Below the pieces are notes generated by a model, which was not told the DNA's origin, searched no databases, and worked only from the letters and a program-made list of their open reading frames with translations. A stretch of DNA of 60,535 nucleotides, the filler included, from Sanchytrium tribonematis (Eukaryota): assembly GCA_018985235.1 (NCBI GenBank). It is 8 parts of 8 records of this genome, joined end to end, with 100 filler letters (N's around TTAATTAATTAA, not from the genome) between each part and the next. Parts side by side here need not be neighbours in the genome. Positions count along the whole stretch, not along the records: positions 10,007 to 14,891 come from JADGIG010000667.1; positions 14,992 to 40,726 come from JADGIG010000065.1; 6 more parts are not named here. One strand, given 5' to 3'. This document shows positions 10,008 to 20,696 of this stretch, one piece after another. Position numbers and translations under genes: made by a program. The stretch's first letter is position 1; every line of letters begins with the position of its first letter.

Positions 10008-12233
10008 AGTTTAGTTAATTTGCGTAGATTATACCTCCAAGACAATAAAATAAGCATTCTCCCTGAATCTATAACAGACTGTCCACTCATAGAGAAATAC
10101 AGTTGCTGTTTATTGACTAAAAACCATTTGGTTGATTTTCTTGGTAAACCCTATGAAAGATCTGGAATGAAGGGTATTTTCGAAGTCATGATTGAACAAG
10201 GTTTATTAGAAGCACATAAACAATTCTTCATGAGAGAAGAAAAGAAATTAGCCAGTTCATTTTTAGAGGGTAAAACAAAAACATTGGTTAAAAACAAACA
10301 AAAACAAAAGAAATTTCAAGATAATTTGACCAAATTAAGAACTCAGAGTAGAGATACAATCAATAGATACAACTCTACAGGCCGCCATGGCACGATGAGA
10401 CAAGAATCTGCTCCAAATCTAGGTGGCTCAGACATGGATAAATCCAATGTGACCATGAGTCGATCACAAGATGATGCAAGTGTCCTAAATGATGATGGGG
10501 AAGAGACTGATGTTAATGGAACGATCAGAAGTCGTTCTACTTCCAGTGCAAGTGGCTATCAACGCAGTAGATCTGAAAGTACATCTAGTGTCACCAGATC
10601 CATTAGACGCGTCCAACCAGCAACTCTTAAAAGACCTGCAAATGATAGATCATCCCTGGCATCTCCCGTGTATCAAGATGAACCGGAAGAAGATGACTAT
10701 CAAACACTTCCAAAAACAGCATTACCCTCCATCCCGATGCTCCAATCTGTATTTGATCCCGTCACAAAAGAAGTCAAATATCTATTTCCTGGTCCAGATG
10801 GTAAATTAATGCTAGTTCCATTACAAGTGATTCGTGACAGTCAAGCAGAACCACCCATGGATCCAAGAGATAGTGATGAAGAATATATTCTACATGATGA
10901 AGATGGTGATGGCATGGAATTTAATAATTTATTACAGCAATTGCCTGATTCTATCCAAGAAAGATTGCAATCCAATGAAATATTAGCAAATGCCCAATTT
11001 GCAGATATAAACAGAATTCCACCTGCAATTACCACAGATGTCTTTAAAAAGAGTGCAAATGATTATAAATATAGTGAAAATAAAGAGTATATCCCAGTCA
11101 TCAATCCAAGAGATAGAAATCAAATTCAATCTCAATTACAACAAAGTTTGAGTCGATCTAGTGAAGTATTAGAGCATTTGGGTAAACGACAAGCTTATTT
11201 ATCACCTACATCCCCATCTTCTCCTCAACAACCACCTAGTCCTACTAAATTTAGTGCCCCACCAGTATTTTACCAACCAGATATGCCATTGTCCCCACCT
11301 TCCAATTATGATGCCCAACAAATGCAATATAATCAAATATATAGTGCACCACAGTCACCCTATAATCAGCAACCTGTGTATAATGCCCCACAAGTGCCAC
11401 AAATGCCACAAATGCCATATTCTCAACAAATGCAATATCAACAAATGTATAATCCACCTCCAATGCAGTATGCCCCTACGCCTCAACCAGTGTATAATAC
11501 CCCACAAATGCCAGTATTTAATACGCCAATGCAAATGCCTCCTCCTCCAATGGGATTATCCAATCCTCCGATGCAACCCATGGCGCCACCTCGTATGCCT
11601 GTAGATATGGGTACACCATTGTCATTACCTAGAACAGGACCAATGACTCCTCCACCAAAACCAGCTCATTTGGCATCTCCTACGACTCCAAATCAAATGG
11701 TACCACCAAAACCAGCTTATTTAGCATCTCCTGTCATGGCACCACCTCAAATGCCAGATCAGACACCCATTCAAATGCCACCACCCCCAATGGGAATGCC
11801 AAATCCACCTAATACGCCCTATAAATCACCTACGACGCCAAATCAACTTCCGAATCAAATAAATATGCCAAGACCACCTGTGCCAGTACCTAATAATATG
11901 CCAATGATGGCCCCACCACTTGCTTTTAACAAATCAATGAGTAATTTATCAGATTCGGATAGTAGATCCAATTCATTTAAAAAGAAAGCACCCCCGCCCC
12001 CATCTGATATTGCTCCATTTCTACCTAATTTACCCAATTTACCAGGTAATTCTAATAGTTTTAAGAAACCTGCGCCATTGCCACCTACTAAATATAGTGA
12101 TGATTCAATTGGAAATTCAAATAGTTTCAAGAAACCTGCCCCACCTCCACCAGCTGCCAAATTTAGTGTAGAAGATTTAGAGAAAATGATGAATGATTTA
12201 AATGATCTTGCATTTAATCCACTTAAACAATAA
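10008..12233 (+). CDS. Leucine-rich-repeat protein with long Pro/Gln/Met-rich C-terminal region, 5'-truncated
   Basis: Last LRR LVNLRRLYLQDNKISILPESI at the contig start. Repeated SNSFKKPAPPPP motifs. Confidence 0.75.
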   Translation, partial: SLVNLRRLYLQDNKISILPESITDCPLIEKYSCCLLTKNHLVDFLGKPYERSGMKGIFEVMIEQGLLEAHKQFFMREEKKLASSFLEGKTKTLVKNKQKQKKFQDNLTKLRTQSRDTINRYNSTGRHGTMRQESAPNLGGSDMDKSNVTMSRSQDDASVLNDDGEETDVNGTIRSRSTSSASGYQRSRSESTSSVTRSIRRVQPATLKRPANDRSSLASPVYQDEPEEDDYQTLPKTALPSIPMLQSVFDPVTKEVKYLFPGPDGKLMLVPLQVIRDSQAEPPMDPRDSDEEYILHDEDGDGMEFNNLLQQLPDSIQERLQSNEILANAQFADINRIPPAITTDVFKKSANDYKYSENKEYIPVINPRDRNQIQSQLQQSLSRSSEVLEHLGKRQAYLSPTSPSSPQQPPSPTKFSAPPVFYQPDMPLSPPSNYDAQQMQYNQIYSAPQSPYNQQPVYNAPQVPQMPQMPYSQQMQYQQMYNPPPMQYAPTPQPVYNTPQMPVFNTPMQMPPPPMGLSNPPMQPMAPPRMPVDMGTPLSLPRTGPMTPPPKPAHLASPTTPNQMVPPKPAYLASPVMAPPQMPDQTPIQMPPPPMGMPNPPNTPYKSPTTPNQLPNQINMPRPPVPVPNNMPMMAPPLAFNKSMSNLSDSDSRSNSFKKKAPPPPSDIAPFLPNLPNLPGNSNSFKKPAPLPPTKYSDDSIGNSNSFKKPAPPPPAAKFSVEDLEKMMNDLNDLAFNPLKQ

Positions 12234-12279
12234 AATTGACTAGTTTTAATATTTTTTCCTCCTTGAAACTACATTTTAA

Positions 12280-13486
12280 ATGCCACTCACACTCATCCCA
12301 CTCCCCAATTCACTCCCATTCCCAATTATCCAGAAATATGAATCAAAACCACCCTATACATCTCAAATTATCCATAAATTTATAATAAAAAGACATGTTG
12401 ATAAAGATCCTCAAAATTCAATGGATATCTCATTTAGATCTAAAGTCATCAGTAGATTACATGCTGAATTGATTTATGGATCTACTGCACTATCAGATCA
12501 TCCAAATCCATCCAAAGAATACCAATGGATGATTAAAGATGTTGGATCTTCATCTGGCACATTTTTAAATGGCAAAAGAATATCCCCTCCCAATACACCC
12601 TCTCAATATGTCGCATTAAATCACCATGATCAACTCCAATTTGGTGTAGATTATCAACAACGACATGAAGATGTTTATAAATCCGTGAAATGTAAAATTG
12701 AATTAAATCAAGAATATCCCCTATTAAATCATACCAGATATCAAGAATTAAATCAACTTATTAAATCTCTTTATAGTATCACAGTTGTCAAGAATAATAG
12801 TGATGATGTCAGACAAGTCTTGAATTCACAATTATTAACTGAAGAAACTGAAGAAGATCAATTGGGTGATATTCCCACAGATATGGCAGTAGATGAAATA
12901 GAAAAAGACCATCGAGATACACAAATCAGATCTTCTCAATCTAGTGATATGGATACCCCTGAATCCATGATGCAAGTACCGCCCATTCTCCAAAATGATT
13001 TTCCAACCAATACAGATAATCTACAATCTAATGAATCTAATTTATCTGTACTCCCAGAATGTTGTATTTGTTTACAGCCACTTAAATTATATCATGGATT
13101 ATTTATATCCCCGTGCTGCCATTTATTTCATTATCATTGTGTGCGACAATTATGTGTAGGTCATTTTTTATGTCCCATGTATTTTAATTTGATGTAGGTG
13201 TAGACAATTTTGTCCATTAGATAATATTGGATTGGATTTGGATGGAGAACCACATGAAGACACAATTGGGCCCACATTGCCTACAAGTCCGACAAATGCC
13301 ACTGGGGCAAAGAATCGACTGACTATTACGACTAATCGACCTACTAGTCCAACTGGAGGACCTGGTGGATCTAATCCAACGAGTCCATCTAATTTACAAA
13401 GTCCAACAGCGGGTAGGTTGGGGAATCAACAAACTGGACAGAGGAAGAGTATTATGGATTCATTAAAGAAGATTGGATTCATGTAA
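12280..13486 (+). CDS. DMA1: FHA + RING E3 ubiquitin ligase (Dma1/Chf-like), exons 12280-13178 and 13198-13486
   Basis: FHA motifs (FRSKVISRLHA, DVGSSSGTFLNG, LQFGVDY). The RING ECCICL...CCHLFHYHC...CPMCR is complete only after removing a 19-nt intron. Confidence 0.85.
13179..13197 (+). other. 19-nt spliceosomal intron
   Basis: GTATTTTAATTTGATGTAG. Removal restores CPMCR and joins in frame to ORF 13232-13486. Confidence 0.88.
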
Positions 13487-13519
13487 TTGTAATAAATAAT
13501 TGATTTACTAATTGGGTTG

Positions 13520-14506
13520 TTAAGCGACACGAATTTCTGGTCCTTTTGGTCTTTCTGGTGCCTTGGTATCACCTGGTTTTCCTGGTTTTCCAAAACCCTC
13601 AATGGTCGATGGATCAAATTTTGGAGTTACTGAGCTACCAACAGGAATATCAGTACCGAATCGCTCGGGATTTCCATCAGTCAAATGAGCAATTGATCGG
13701 CCAGCAGCATCAATTACATGTCTCAATTTATCACGATGACCAAATTCTATATCTCCCTCAGCTTTTCTCTTGCCTTTTCCATCACCTGTTCCGTCAACTG
13801 TTCCATCAACTTTTCTCTTACCTTTTCCATCACCTGTTCCTTTTGTTGGGTCTGTGGTAGTATCTGTTTTGCCACTATTTTCAGCTTTCACTCGCTCTTC
13901 TAATTTTTTCAACAAAGACTGTTCTGTAGAAGTTGGTTTTTTGTTGTATACTTTTTCACGAATGGTTGCACTTATTTCAATAGAAAATCGGGAATTCTTT
14001 TTAAAATGTTTTAATTCGTTGTAAATGCTCACCAATTTTTGTATAGATGATTCCGTAACGTGCTTGGATAATTTAACAAGTGCATCTTCAGTCAATACAT
14101 CAATTTTTGAAACTTTTAACCCAGATTTTTTATACTGTGTTGCAACATCAATTATCGATTCCTGGATTTTTTGTTGATTGTTTATAGGTACTTTAGTTGT
14201 GAAAAAGTCATTTAACTTATCTTTCAAATCCTTGGACTCTATTGAGTCTGAATCAGAGTGTTTCAATGGGACATACTTTTCATTTTGATGTTCACTGACT
14301 GGTGCTGTAGCTGCATCAACTGGTGGCGATTGAATCAGACTGCTTTTTGCAGCGCCAGATACTGGTGCCGCAATTAGATCAATCAAACCGTCCGATTGAC
14401 TGCTTTTTGCAGCGCCAGATACTGGTGCCGCAAGTAAACCAGCCAAATTCATAGGTACTGATGGTCTCGGTTGCGGAATGGCATACATCAATATTGTCAG
14501 AAGCAT
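13520..14506 (-). CDS. Hypothetical secreted repeat protein with basic KGKRK motifs
   Basis: First ATG 14506, leader MLLTILMYA. Internal repeats AAPVSGAAKSS x2 and GTGDGKGKRK x2. Confidence 0.7.
   Translation of the reverse strand: MLLTILMYAIPQPRPSVPMNLAGLLAAPVSGAAKSSQSDGLIDLIAAPVSGAAKSSLIQSPPVDAATAPVSEHQNEKYVPLKHSDSDSIESKDLKDKLNDFFTTKVPINNQQKIQESIIDVATQYKKSGLKVSKIDVLTEDALVKLSKHVTESSIQKLVSIYNELKHFKKNSRFSIEISATIREKVYNKKPTSTEQSLLKKLEERVKAENSGKTDTTTDPTKGTGDGKGKRKVDGTVDGTGDGKGKRKAEGDIEFGHRDKLRHVIDAAGRSIAHLTDGNPERFGTDIPVGSSVTPKFDPSTIEGFGKPGKPGDTKAPERPKGPEIRVA
13762..13840. repeat. 31-bp near-exact direct repeat, period 48
   Basis: 13762-13792 vs 13810-13840, one mismatch. Encodes GTGDGKGKRK. Confidence 0.8.
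14338..14433. repeat. 36-bp exact direct repeat, period 60
   Basis: gactgctttttgcagcgccagatactggtgccgcaa at 14338-14373 and 14398-14433. Confidence 0.85.
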
Positions 14507-14648
14507 TTTGCGATGGAGAGAGATGGGATTGACATTTATAATATAGAGATCCAATCAAATCATCAAACAGAATCTGATAATACTGTGTTATTAATTGTTG
14601 ATTGGTAAACAGAGTCAAGTGAAAAACAGTTTTGAAAAATCATTTTAT

Positions 14649-14891
14649 TCACGCTGCAGCTGCTACATGCGGGCCCCTTCGTGTATTTAAATGAGGTAAT
14701 TCAGCAGGGTGTGGTTCAGTAATTTGAGATGGCAATGTTTGTTGATTTCTTGTAGAAGCTATAATGTTTTCCTTTAGTAATTTAAATACTGCTTTTGGTT
14801 TGACCCTTCTATCTTTCTGAAAACCAAATTCACCTGATTCATTCTGAACTGCATCCATCAAAGTGAAGAGCGTATCATGTTTTAAGCGCGC
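14649..14891 (-). CDS. 3' end of a hypothetical protein, truncated by contig
   Basis: Frame open from the contig end to TGA at 14649. No recognisable motif. Confidence 0.35.
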   Translation of the reverse strand, partial: ARLKHDTLFTLMDAVQNESGEFGFQKDRRVKPKAVFKLLKENIIASTRNQQTLPSQITEPHPAELPHLNTRRGPHVAAAA

Positions 14892-14991
14892 NNNNNNNNN
14901 NNNNNNNNNNNNNNNNNNNNNNNNNNNNNNNNNNNTTAATTAATTAANNNNNNNNNNNNNNNNNNNNNNNNNNNNNNNNNNNNNNNNNNNN
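14892..14991. other. Artificial contig linker
   Basis: N44-TTAATTAATTAA-N44. Confidence 0.98.
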
Positions 14992-15113
14992 AAAACAAAG
15001 AAAAAACGAAAAACAGAATTTTTGCCACGGCCATTTTTTGATAAAAATCGCTTTTACAGCATTCTCTCCTTTGTATTGAAAAATAAAAATGGTCTGGAAT
15101 TAAATTAGTTTAC

Positions 15114-16610
15114 TCAATTGACATTTCCTCCAATAGTCCTAGTGTTTCTCCAAACAGGTCCTAAATAAGATTGATTTACAGATGCTCTGATTTTCTTCGG
15201 TTCACTTTGCAAGCCTTGTCCTTTTAGCTGACTTATTTGACTCACCTGAGACTGCTTCCATTCACTGGGAATGGGAGATGCTCTCGAAGGAGAGCCTATT
15301 CGTTTTTCAGTAAAGCCTTTCTTTGTTGATTTTCCCATTGTTGCATAATATGGTGATTTACGCTCGTCTTGATTTTCAGTAGTAATTTCGATGTTACCTG
15401 AACATTTAATATCTGGAAACACATCTATAACATCTCTTACAAGTAAATTGTCCTTAATATTCGATTTCAGTACTTCATGTCTTGACCAGCTACTTAGCAA
15501 GCTCGTTACAGAACCACCCTGTAGATATTGTATAAACGCCGAAAGCCTTTTGATTTCTTGGTCTTGCCTGATACTTTCGTATTCGTCACTCAAAATGGCT
15601 CTAAGTTTAGCTTCTTTGATATCTTTAAGTTGCTGCAGTGATTTGACATAGATCTGTTCAATGTGCTTATGTATTTGTTCTGATTGCTGCTCAACAGCTT
15701 TACTTCTTTGCTTCAACTGCAAAATATGATCTTGGATGCTTTGTTGGCGCCCTTGAAGCCCGCTATCTGGTGCAGATATTTCTTGAATAACAGCTTGGTA
15801 TGCCTCATTCATTCCTACAAGTTGATGTTTACTAGATTCTCCAGTGCTATGATTCCCTATCATTTTACAGTAAACGCAAACAGGAATCCGACAGGTGGAA
15901 CAAAAGAATTCAACCAATTTGTCAGGATGATGATGACAAGGACCAAAAACATCCGCACCTTTTCCAATTTGCGTCCTAGTGTGTTTTTGAGTGATTTTAC
16001 TACTATGCATTTGCTTATCACATTCAGCACAAAGCTTCGCATTATCCGCATTACAAAAATATACAGCATTTTTCCTTTCGCAATTATCGCAAAGTGGTTT
16101 TTCTCGGCTGTGCTTTTCAAATTCACTATCAAATTCAAATTCTACGATATGAGTTACAAGAATCTGGTGTGCATCCTTTATAAAGTACTCGTGAGAATAC
16201 CCCTCGTCTTTATTTTGAATGATATGAAAGCTGTCATAGCCGAAAGGTAGATCTTTGTGAACCTCTTTCCTATCCACAGCATAACTTCGCCCAACTCCCA
16301 CTTTAACAACGTAACCTCTCCATTTTACCTTGGAACCGTCAACTTTAAGTTTTCCAACTCTTATTTTAGTGTCCGGGAGCCCTTTTTCGAGAATTTCCTC
16401 TTCGGAAGTAGTGATCTCTCCTTCTAAAATGATTGTGTCTACAATATTCATATGTTGACATTTTCTTTCAAAATGAGTTTGAAAATGTGGATTGCTAATT
16501 TCATAAAGATTATTGATCTTGGGTGTAGAAGCGAATAGATTTAGTTGAAGAAGGTATTCAATTTGGCCATATTGAGCTGAGCTGGAAGAAATAGATGATT
16601 TTTTTGACAT
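15114..16610 (-). CDS. Double B-box zinc finger + coiled-coil protein (TRIM-like, no RING)
   Basis: B-box1 CDNCE...FCNADNAKLCAECD..H...H. B-box2 CHHH...FFCSTCRIPVCVYC...H...H. Coiled coil follows. Confidence 0.85.
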   Translation of the reverse strand: MSKKSSISSSSAQYGQIEYLLQLNLFASTPKINNLYEISNPHFQTHFERKCQHMNIVDTIILEGEITTSEEEILEKGLPDTKIRVGKLKVDGSKVKWRGYVVKVGVGRSYAVDRKEVHKDLPFGYDSFHIIQNKDEGYSHEYFIKDAHQILVTHIVEFEFDSEFEKHSREKPLCDNCERKNAVYFCNADNAKLCAECDKQMHSSKITQKHTRTQIGKGADVFGPCHHHPDKLVEFFCSTCRIPVCVYCKMIGNHSTGESSKHQLVGMNEAYQAVIQEISAPDSGLQGRQQSIQDHILQLKQRSKAVEQQSEQIHKHIEQIYVKSLQQLKDIKEAKLRAILSDEYESIRQDQEIKRLSAFIQYLQGGSVTSLLSSWSRHEVLKSNIKDNLLVRDVIDVFPDIKCSGNIEITTENQDERKSPYYATMGKSTKKGFTEKRIGSPSRASPIPSEWKQSQVSQISQLKGQGLQSEPKKIRASVNQSYLGPVWRNTRTIGGNVN

Positions 16611-16770
16611 TTCGTATCTTGTTTCAGAATACTATCAATATAATGCTATTTGACCACAAATATGAATTGCTAAAAAGTTTGCTACATCAAACAGTTTCAC
16701 TAACCTTCCAATACATTTTAAATTTGTAAAGCATTCGTTGGTCTTACAAGTTTAAAAATGCTCTTAAAAC

Positions 16771-18621
16771 ATGGAACAATTTCCATCTTTTTCATTTAAA
16801 GTTCCTACCAAAACTAAACCGAAGAAAAAAGAAAAGAAACTCTATTATTTTATAGACAAAAAGGGATCCTCTCCAAAATTTAATCGGATCAAATATAATT
16901 TATTTTGCAAAACATTTTTAGGAAAAGTTGAAAGACCCACAATACTAAAATATACCAGGTATTTCAATTCAAAACTATTTCATGCTATTTTTGTTCCCAG
17001 ATGCTATGAAAGCCTTCTGAACGTGCAGCCATTACAGGTAGAAATCGAAGATCGTCCGACTACTAACAAAGAAGTATTGTATTTACATCAAATGTCAATG
17101 ATTGATCCAACTTGGTTTAAATATAATGCCTTCCATCCAAAGAATATATACAGAGCTGCTTCAATATTAGAAAAGGCTTTAATACACACTCCCAGTAAGG
17201 AAAATTGGCAACATTATTTGTTCGCACTTCAATTACAAGAGGAAGATGCTTCTGAAATACAATTCAAATTCACAGAATCATTTGTTTTGTTTGAGAAATC
17301 ATTCGTCAATTTATACTTTGATTTTGTCATGTCGACTTTTGACCTTTTCAACATGAGTAATATCACAGACATTTTGAACCTTAGTAAAGACCAACTAATT
17401 ATCACTAAATACATAGAGTGTTTAAAATGGATGGATTTTCATGAAAGAGCATTTGTATTAGTTATTAGCTTGTACCTCATAGCTAAATTCAATAAGAATC
17501 ATGTAAAGGCTCTTTTTGAGTCTGATGATTTGATATGGGATGAAATTCGAGACTTCAATGCATCCCCAGCATATGTCAAGGACTTTGGAGGTGATGATCC
17601 TGAAAGAATTGTACTTTATGAGGATATAGATGACTATGTAACAAGTTTTCCACTTGATATTGCTGGAAATATTGTGGAATCGTATTTAATGTCTTTTGGA
17701 TACGACATATTCTGGAGTCAGCCTACTTTAAATATTACTGGCATTCCTGATTATTTTTATCACTATAAGTTTGACAAAGATATTAAAAATTGCGAATTAG
17801 AAATTCCAAACTTTTTATATCCTGAATCGGCAAATTTTTTGGGATCAACGGATCAATTTGTAAATAATTTTAAAAGCAAGTTGGATATCCCTTTAATTCC
17901 TTTCCTTCATTTCAATGATACAAACATTTGCAAACATCGAATAGAAATTATGAATCATCTTGGTTTAAATTCAGATTTAAAGTTTCATGACCAGCTACAT
18001 ACAAATGAACAAGATGCTCTTAAGGAATTGTCAAAATCAATGAAACCCAAGTTTTGGAGATTTTATCTGCTTCATTTATTTAAAAAAGGTGAGTATGTAA
18101 AAGCCAGAAATATTTGTAAAACTTATTTGACTCAGGTGCATGAGCATTCAATTTATTGGATTCAAAATGCTATCGAATTATTCGCTTTTAAAAACAAGAA
18201 CTTAGAAATTACTCTACCTGAAATTGAAAATATCACTTATGAATCTCACTATTGGGTTTGTCTGACTGCATTCAGCATGGTCGTCATGAACACATTATCG
18301 CCGCAATCATGTCATAAATTACTTCAAAAAGTACTGTCGAAATATCCAGTATCAGATGTTTGGCTATTTTTGAATATTCTCGAGAGTGAATACTTGGTAC
18401 CGCAAGTCATTATACCGCATGAAAATCATTATTTGGTTCAGTTGATTAAGTCATGGATTCAGCAAAAATGTCCAAAGTATTACAAAAACTCATATATTTA
18501 CCAACTTCGTATTTACTTTGGAAAAAAAGATAATCAATATTTAGCCATGAATGATATTCCTTATGACGCAAACATTATGTCTGAGGAAATTAAAGAAGAG
18601 AAAGGATTCAGAATATGTTAA
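16771..18621 (+). CDS. NRDE2: NRDE2-like protein (divergent, shortened)
   Basis: DDPERIVLYEDI motif, N-terminal FPSFSF, helical HAT-like repeats, C-terminal EEKGFRI. Confidence 0.65.
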   Translation: MEQFPSFSFKVPTKTKPKKKEKKLYYFIDKKGSSPKFNRIKYNLFCKTFLGKVERPTILKYTRYFNSKLFHAIFVPRCYESLLNVQPLQVEIEDRPTTNKEVLYLHQMSMIDPTWFKYNAFHPKNIYRAASILEKALIHTPSKENWQHYLFALQLQEEDASEIQFKFTESFVLFEKSFVNLYFDFVMSTFDLFNMSNITDILNLSKDQLIITKYIECLKWMDFHERAFVLVISLYLIAKFNKNHVKALFESDDLIWDEIRDFNASPAYVKDFGGDDPERIVLYEDIDDYVTSFPLDIAGNIVESYLMSFGYDIFWSQPTLNITGIPDYFYHYKFDKDIKNCELEIPNFLYPESANFLGSTDQFVNNFKSKLDIPLIPFLHFNDTNICKHRIEIMNHLGLNSDLKFHDQLHTNEQDALKELSKSMKPKFWRFYLLHLFKKGEYVKARNICKTYLTQVHEHSIYWIQNAIELFAFKNKNLEITLPEIENITYESHYWVCLTAFSMVVMNTLSPQSCHKLLQKVLSKYPVSDVWLFLNILESEYLVPQVIIPHENHYLVQLIKSWIQQKCPKYYKNSYIYQLRIYFGKKDNQYLAMNDIPYDANIMSEEIKEEKGFRIC

Positions 18622-18650
18622 TTCCAACAAATTATTGTCGTTAAATCTAT

Positions 18651-20012
18651 TTATTCGTTTTGCAAAGCTGCAATTGCTGCACCAATGGAGCTACCATCTT
18701 TCACTTGAAATAATTCAATATTGTCATAGCGCAAGTCTTTGAAAGTTTTCATCATATAATTTTTATAATTTGGAAAATGTTCATACAAGCTGCCATCCAC
18801 CCCAATTACAACAGTTTCCGAAGGATTAGTTTCAAAGCCTTTTGAACGAATCAGTCCTATAACTGATACAGCCACTAAAGTAGCAGACCGTTTCCCCACT
18901 AAATCGCAAATTTCGGCAATTATTTCAAGTTCCTCGTCACAAAAAGAGACATCTTTAGCTAATCTTGCAAGTACAACGTTGGCATGTTTTGGATTATTAA
19001 TAATACGAGATACATCTTCGGTGTCTAATTGCAATTCTGCATTTGCAATATCAAAATACTTGTGGGTCCACTCCTTTAAAATCTGTTGAACAATTATACC
19101 TAGATACTTGCCACTGATTAACATCTCGAAAGGCTGATCTTCAAAAAAGAGTTGTGATGCAAATATGTCATAAGAGGTTTGTATACTTTCAAAATATTCT
19201 CTGTTAAAATTTCCCCACTCTACATTTATAAACTGCTTGATTCTACCGTCAAAGTAAGCTGCATTTGTTCCGGTTCCTAAAATAAGGCCAATTTTTGACA
19301 ATTTGTTTACATATTGACTTGCCAACAGCGTTGCTACAGAGTCGTTCAAAATCACGGTACAGCTTACAAATTGTTCATATTGTTCTAACAATCTTAATTG
19401 ATTGTTGAACTTTTTTACGAGATCTGTAAATTCCGTTCCAGAGATTTTAAAACCTTTGGTCCAATGTTTCAATGATGCAATATTCGACGCGTACTGATTT
19501 ACGGGAAATGAAAAAGTGAATCCCGCATTGATGTAGACGACCTGTTGAGGATACACTGTATCTAAGAGATTTTTGACCATTTTTGTAATATGTTTGAAAA
19601 GTAAATCAATTGACCAGCTTTTCATTTTTTCTGTAATCTCTTCTTTAACGGTTGCCAAAATTTTGCTGCCTTTATTTGAATCCAAACTTACAATTGAGGA
19701 TCTGATATTAGTACCTCCCATGTCAATTGAAATCGCGACTCCACTTTCATCACCATTAGGAACATTCTCAATAAAACTACGGAGCATAGGTAATCCAGAT
19801 TCTTTTACCTGACCGTTTCTCAGTCTTTTCCCTGAACTTCGTTTCAATCCAGAGTCTGCTTCATTTTGCATCCCTAAAATAACTTGTTGCAAACTAACAT
19901 CGCTCAATGTAAATTGTTTGCGAATATGGATTGCTTCTTCACTGAATGATCTACTTCTTGTCGTTGGACATGATCGTAAACTGGCCAGAGTCATCTGAAT
20001 AAAGAATATCAT
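18651..20012 (-). CDS. HXK: Hexokinase with short hydrophobic N-terminal leader
   Basis: IDMGGTNIR, GFTFSFPV, WTKGF, LNDSVATL, GLILGTGTNAAY, INVEWG, ISGKYLG, DGSLYEH, DGSSIGAA. First ATG at 20012 (MIFFIQMTLA). Confidence 0.93.
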   Translation of the reverse strand: MIFFIQMTLASLRSCPTTRSRSFSEEAIHIRKQFTLSDVSLQQVILGMQNEADSGLKRSSGKRLRNGQVKESGLPMLRSFIENVPNGDESGVAISIDMGGTNIRSSIVSLDSNKGSKILATVKEEITEKMKSWSIDLLFKHITKMVKNLLDTVYPQQVVYINAGFTFSFPVNQYASNIASLKHWTKGFKISGTEFTDLVKKFNNQLRLLEQYEQFVSCTVILNDSVATLLASQYVNKLSKIGLILGTGTNAAYFDGRIKQFINVEWGNFNREYFESIQTSYDIFASQLFFEDQPFEMLISGKYLGIIVQQILKEWTHKYFDIANAELQLDTEDVSRIINNPKHANVVLARLAKDVSFCDEELEIIAEICDLVGKRSATLVAVSVIGLIRSKGFETNPSETVVIGVDGSLYEHFPNYKNYMMKTFKDLRYDNIELFQVKDGSSIGAAIAALQNE

Positions 20013-20696
20013 TTTCAATATGTATGGGTTCTCTAAACTTAAATAGAGATAATCAAGTATATCATACTTGTACAATCGGTTAATCTGCACCCCTCTGCTA
20101 AATTGATGGAGCAGATTAGAGTTTAAAATTGTGTAATTATCTAAAAAAAATCATTTCCACAAAGCATGCACATTGATGGACACTGGATTGAATCCTTTCT
20201 GGCGATATTATCAAATAACTGTCGTCCTAGTTTGACTATCTTAAAATATAATTTAACTCTCACCCTCTGCGAGTTCGCCATTTAGCAAGAAGCGATTAAC
20301 GTTTGGATAAAATTGTTTATTCTAACATCTAATAATCATATTCGTATAAGCTCCAAGTCCTTCTTTTGCTTCTGTTTCTTAATAAATATATTAATAAAGC
20401 AATGAGCAATAGTACAATGGTAATTGTGAAAATGATCCAAATAAATAAAGGTGAGTCGCTGCTGATCATTAATCATCTTGGAGTCCGAGGAATTAAAAAC
20501 ATTCGATAAGGAGTTTCAAGGATCCACAGATGCTGTGCCCAATCAAGTATTTCCGAGGTTGTCTTGATCCTTTTAAGCGTTTTTTTTAATTATCATTAGG
20601 TGTTCCTTTGGTCATGTCATAAATAGTTGACAATACAAATTCGATTAAATTGCTTACATAATTAACAAATTGTGTTACGCGAAACAGTAGGGTTAA

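Noticed and set aside
15094..15113. 20-nt GT...AG segment on the minus strand after the B-box gene
   Set aside because: It lies after the TGA stop, so no reading-frame evidence can support it.
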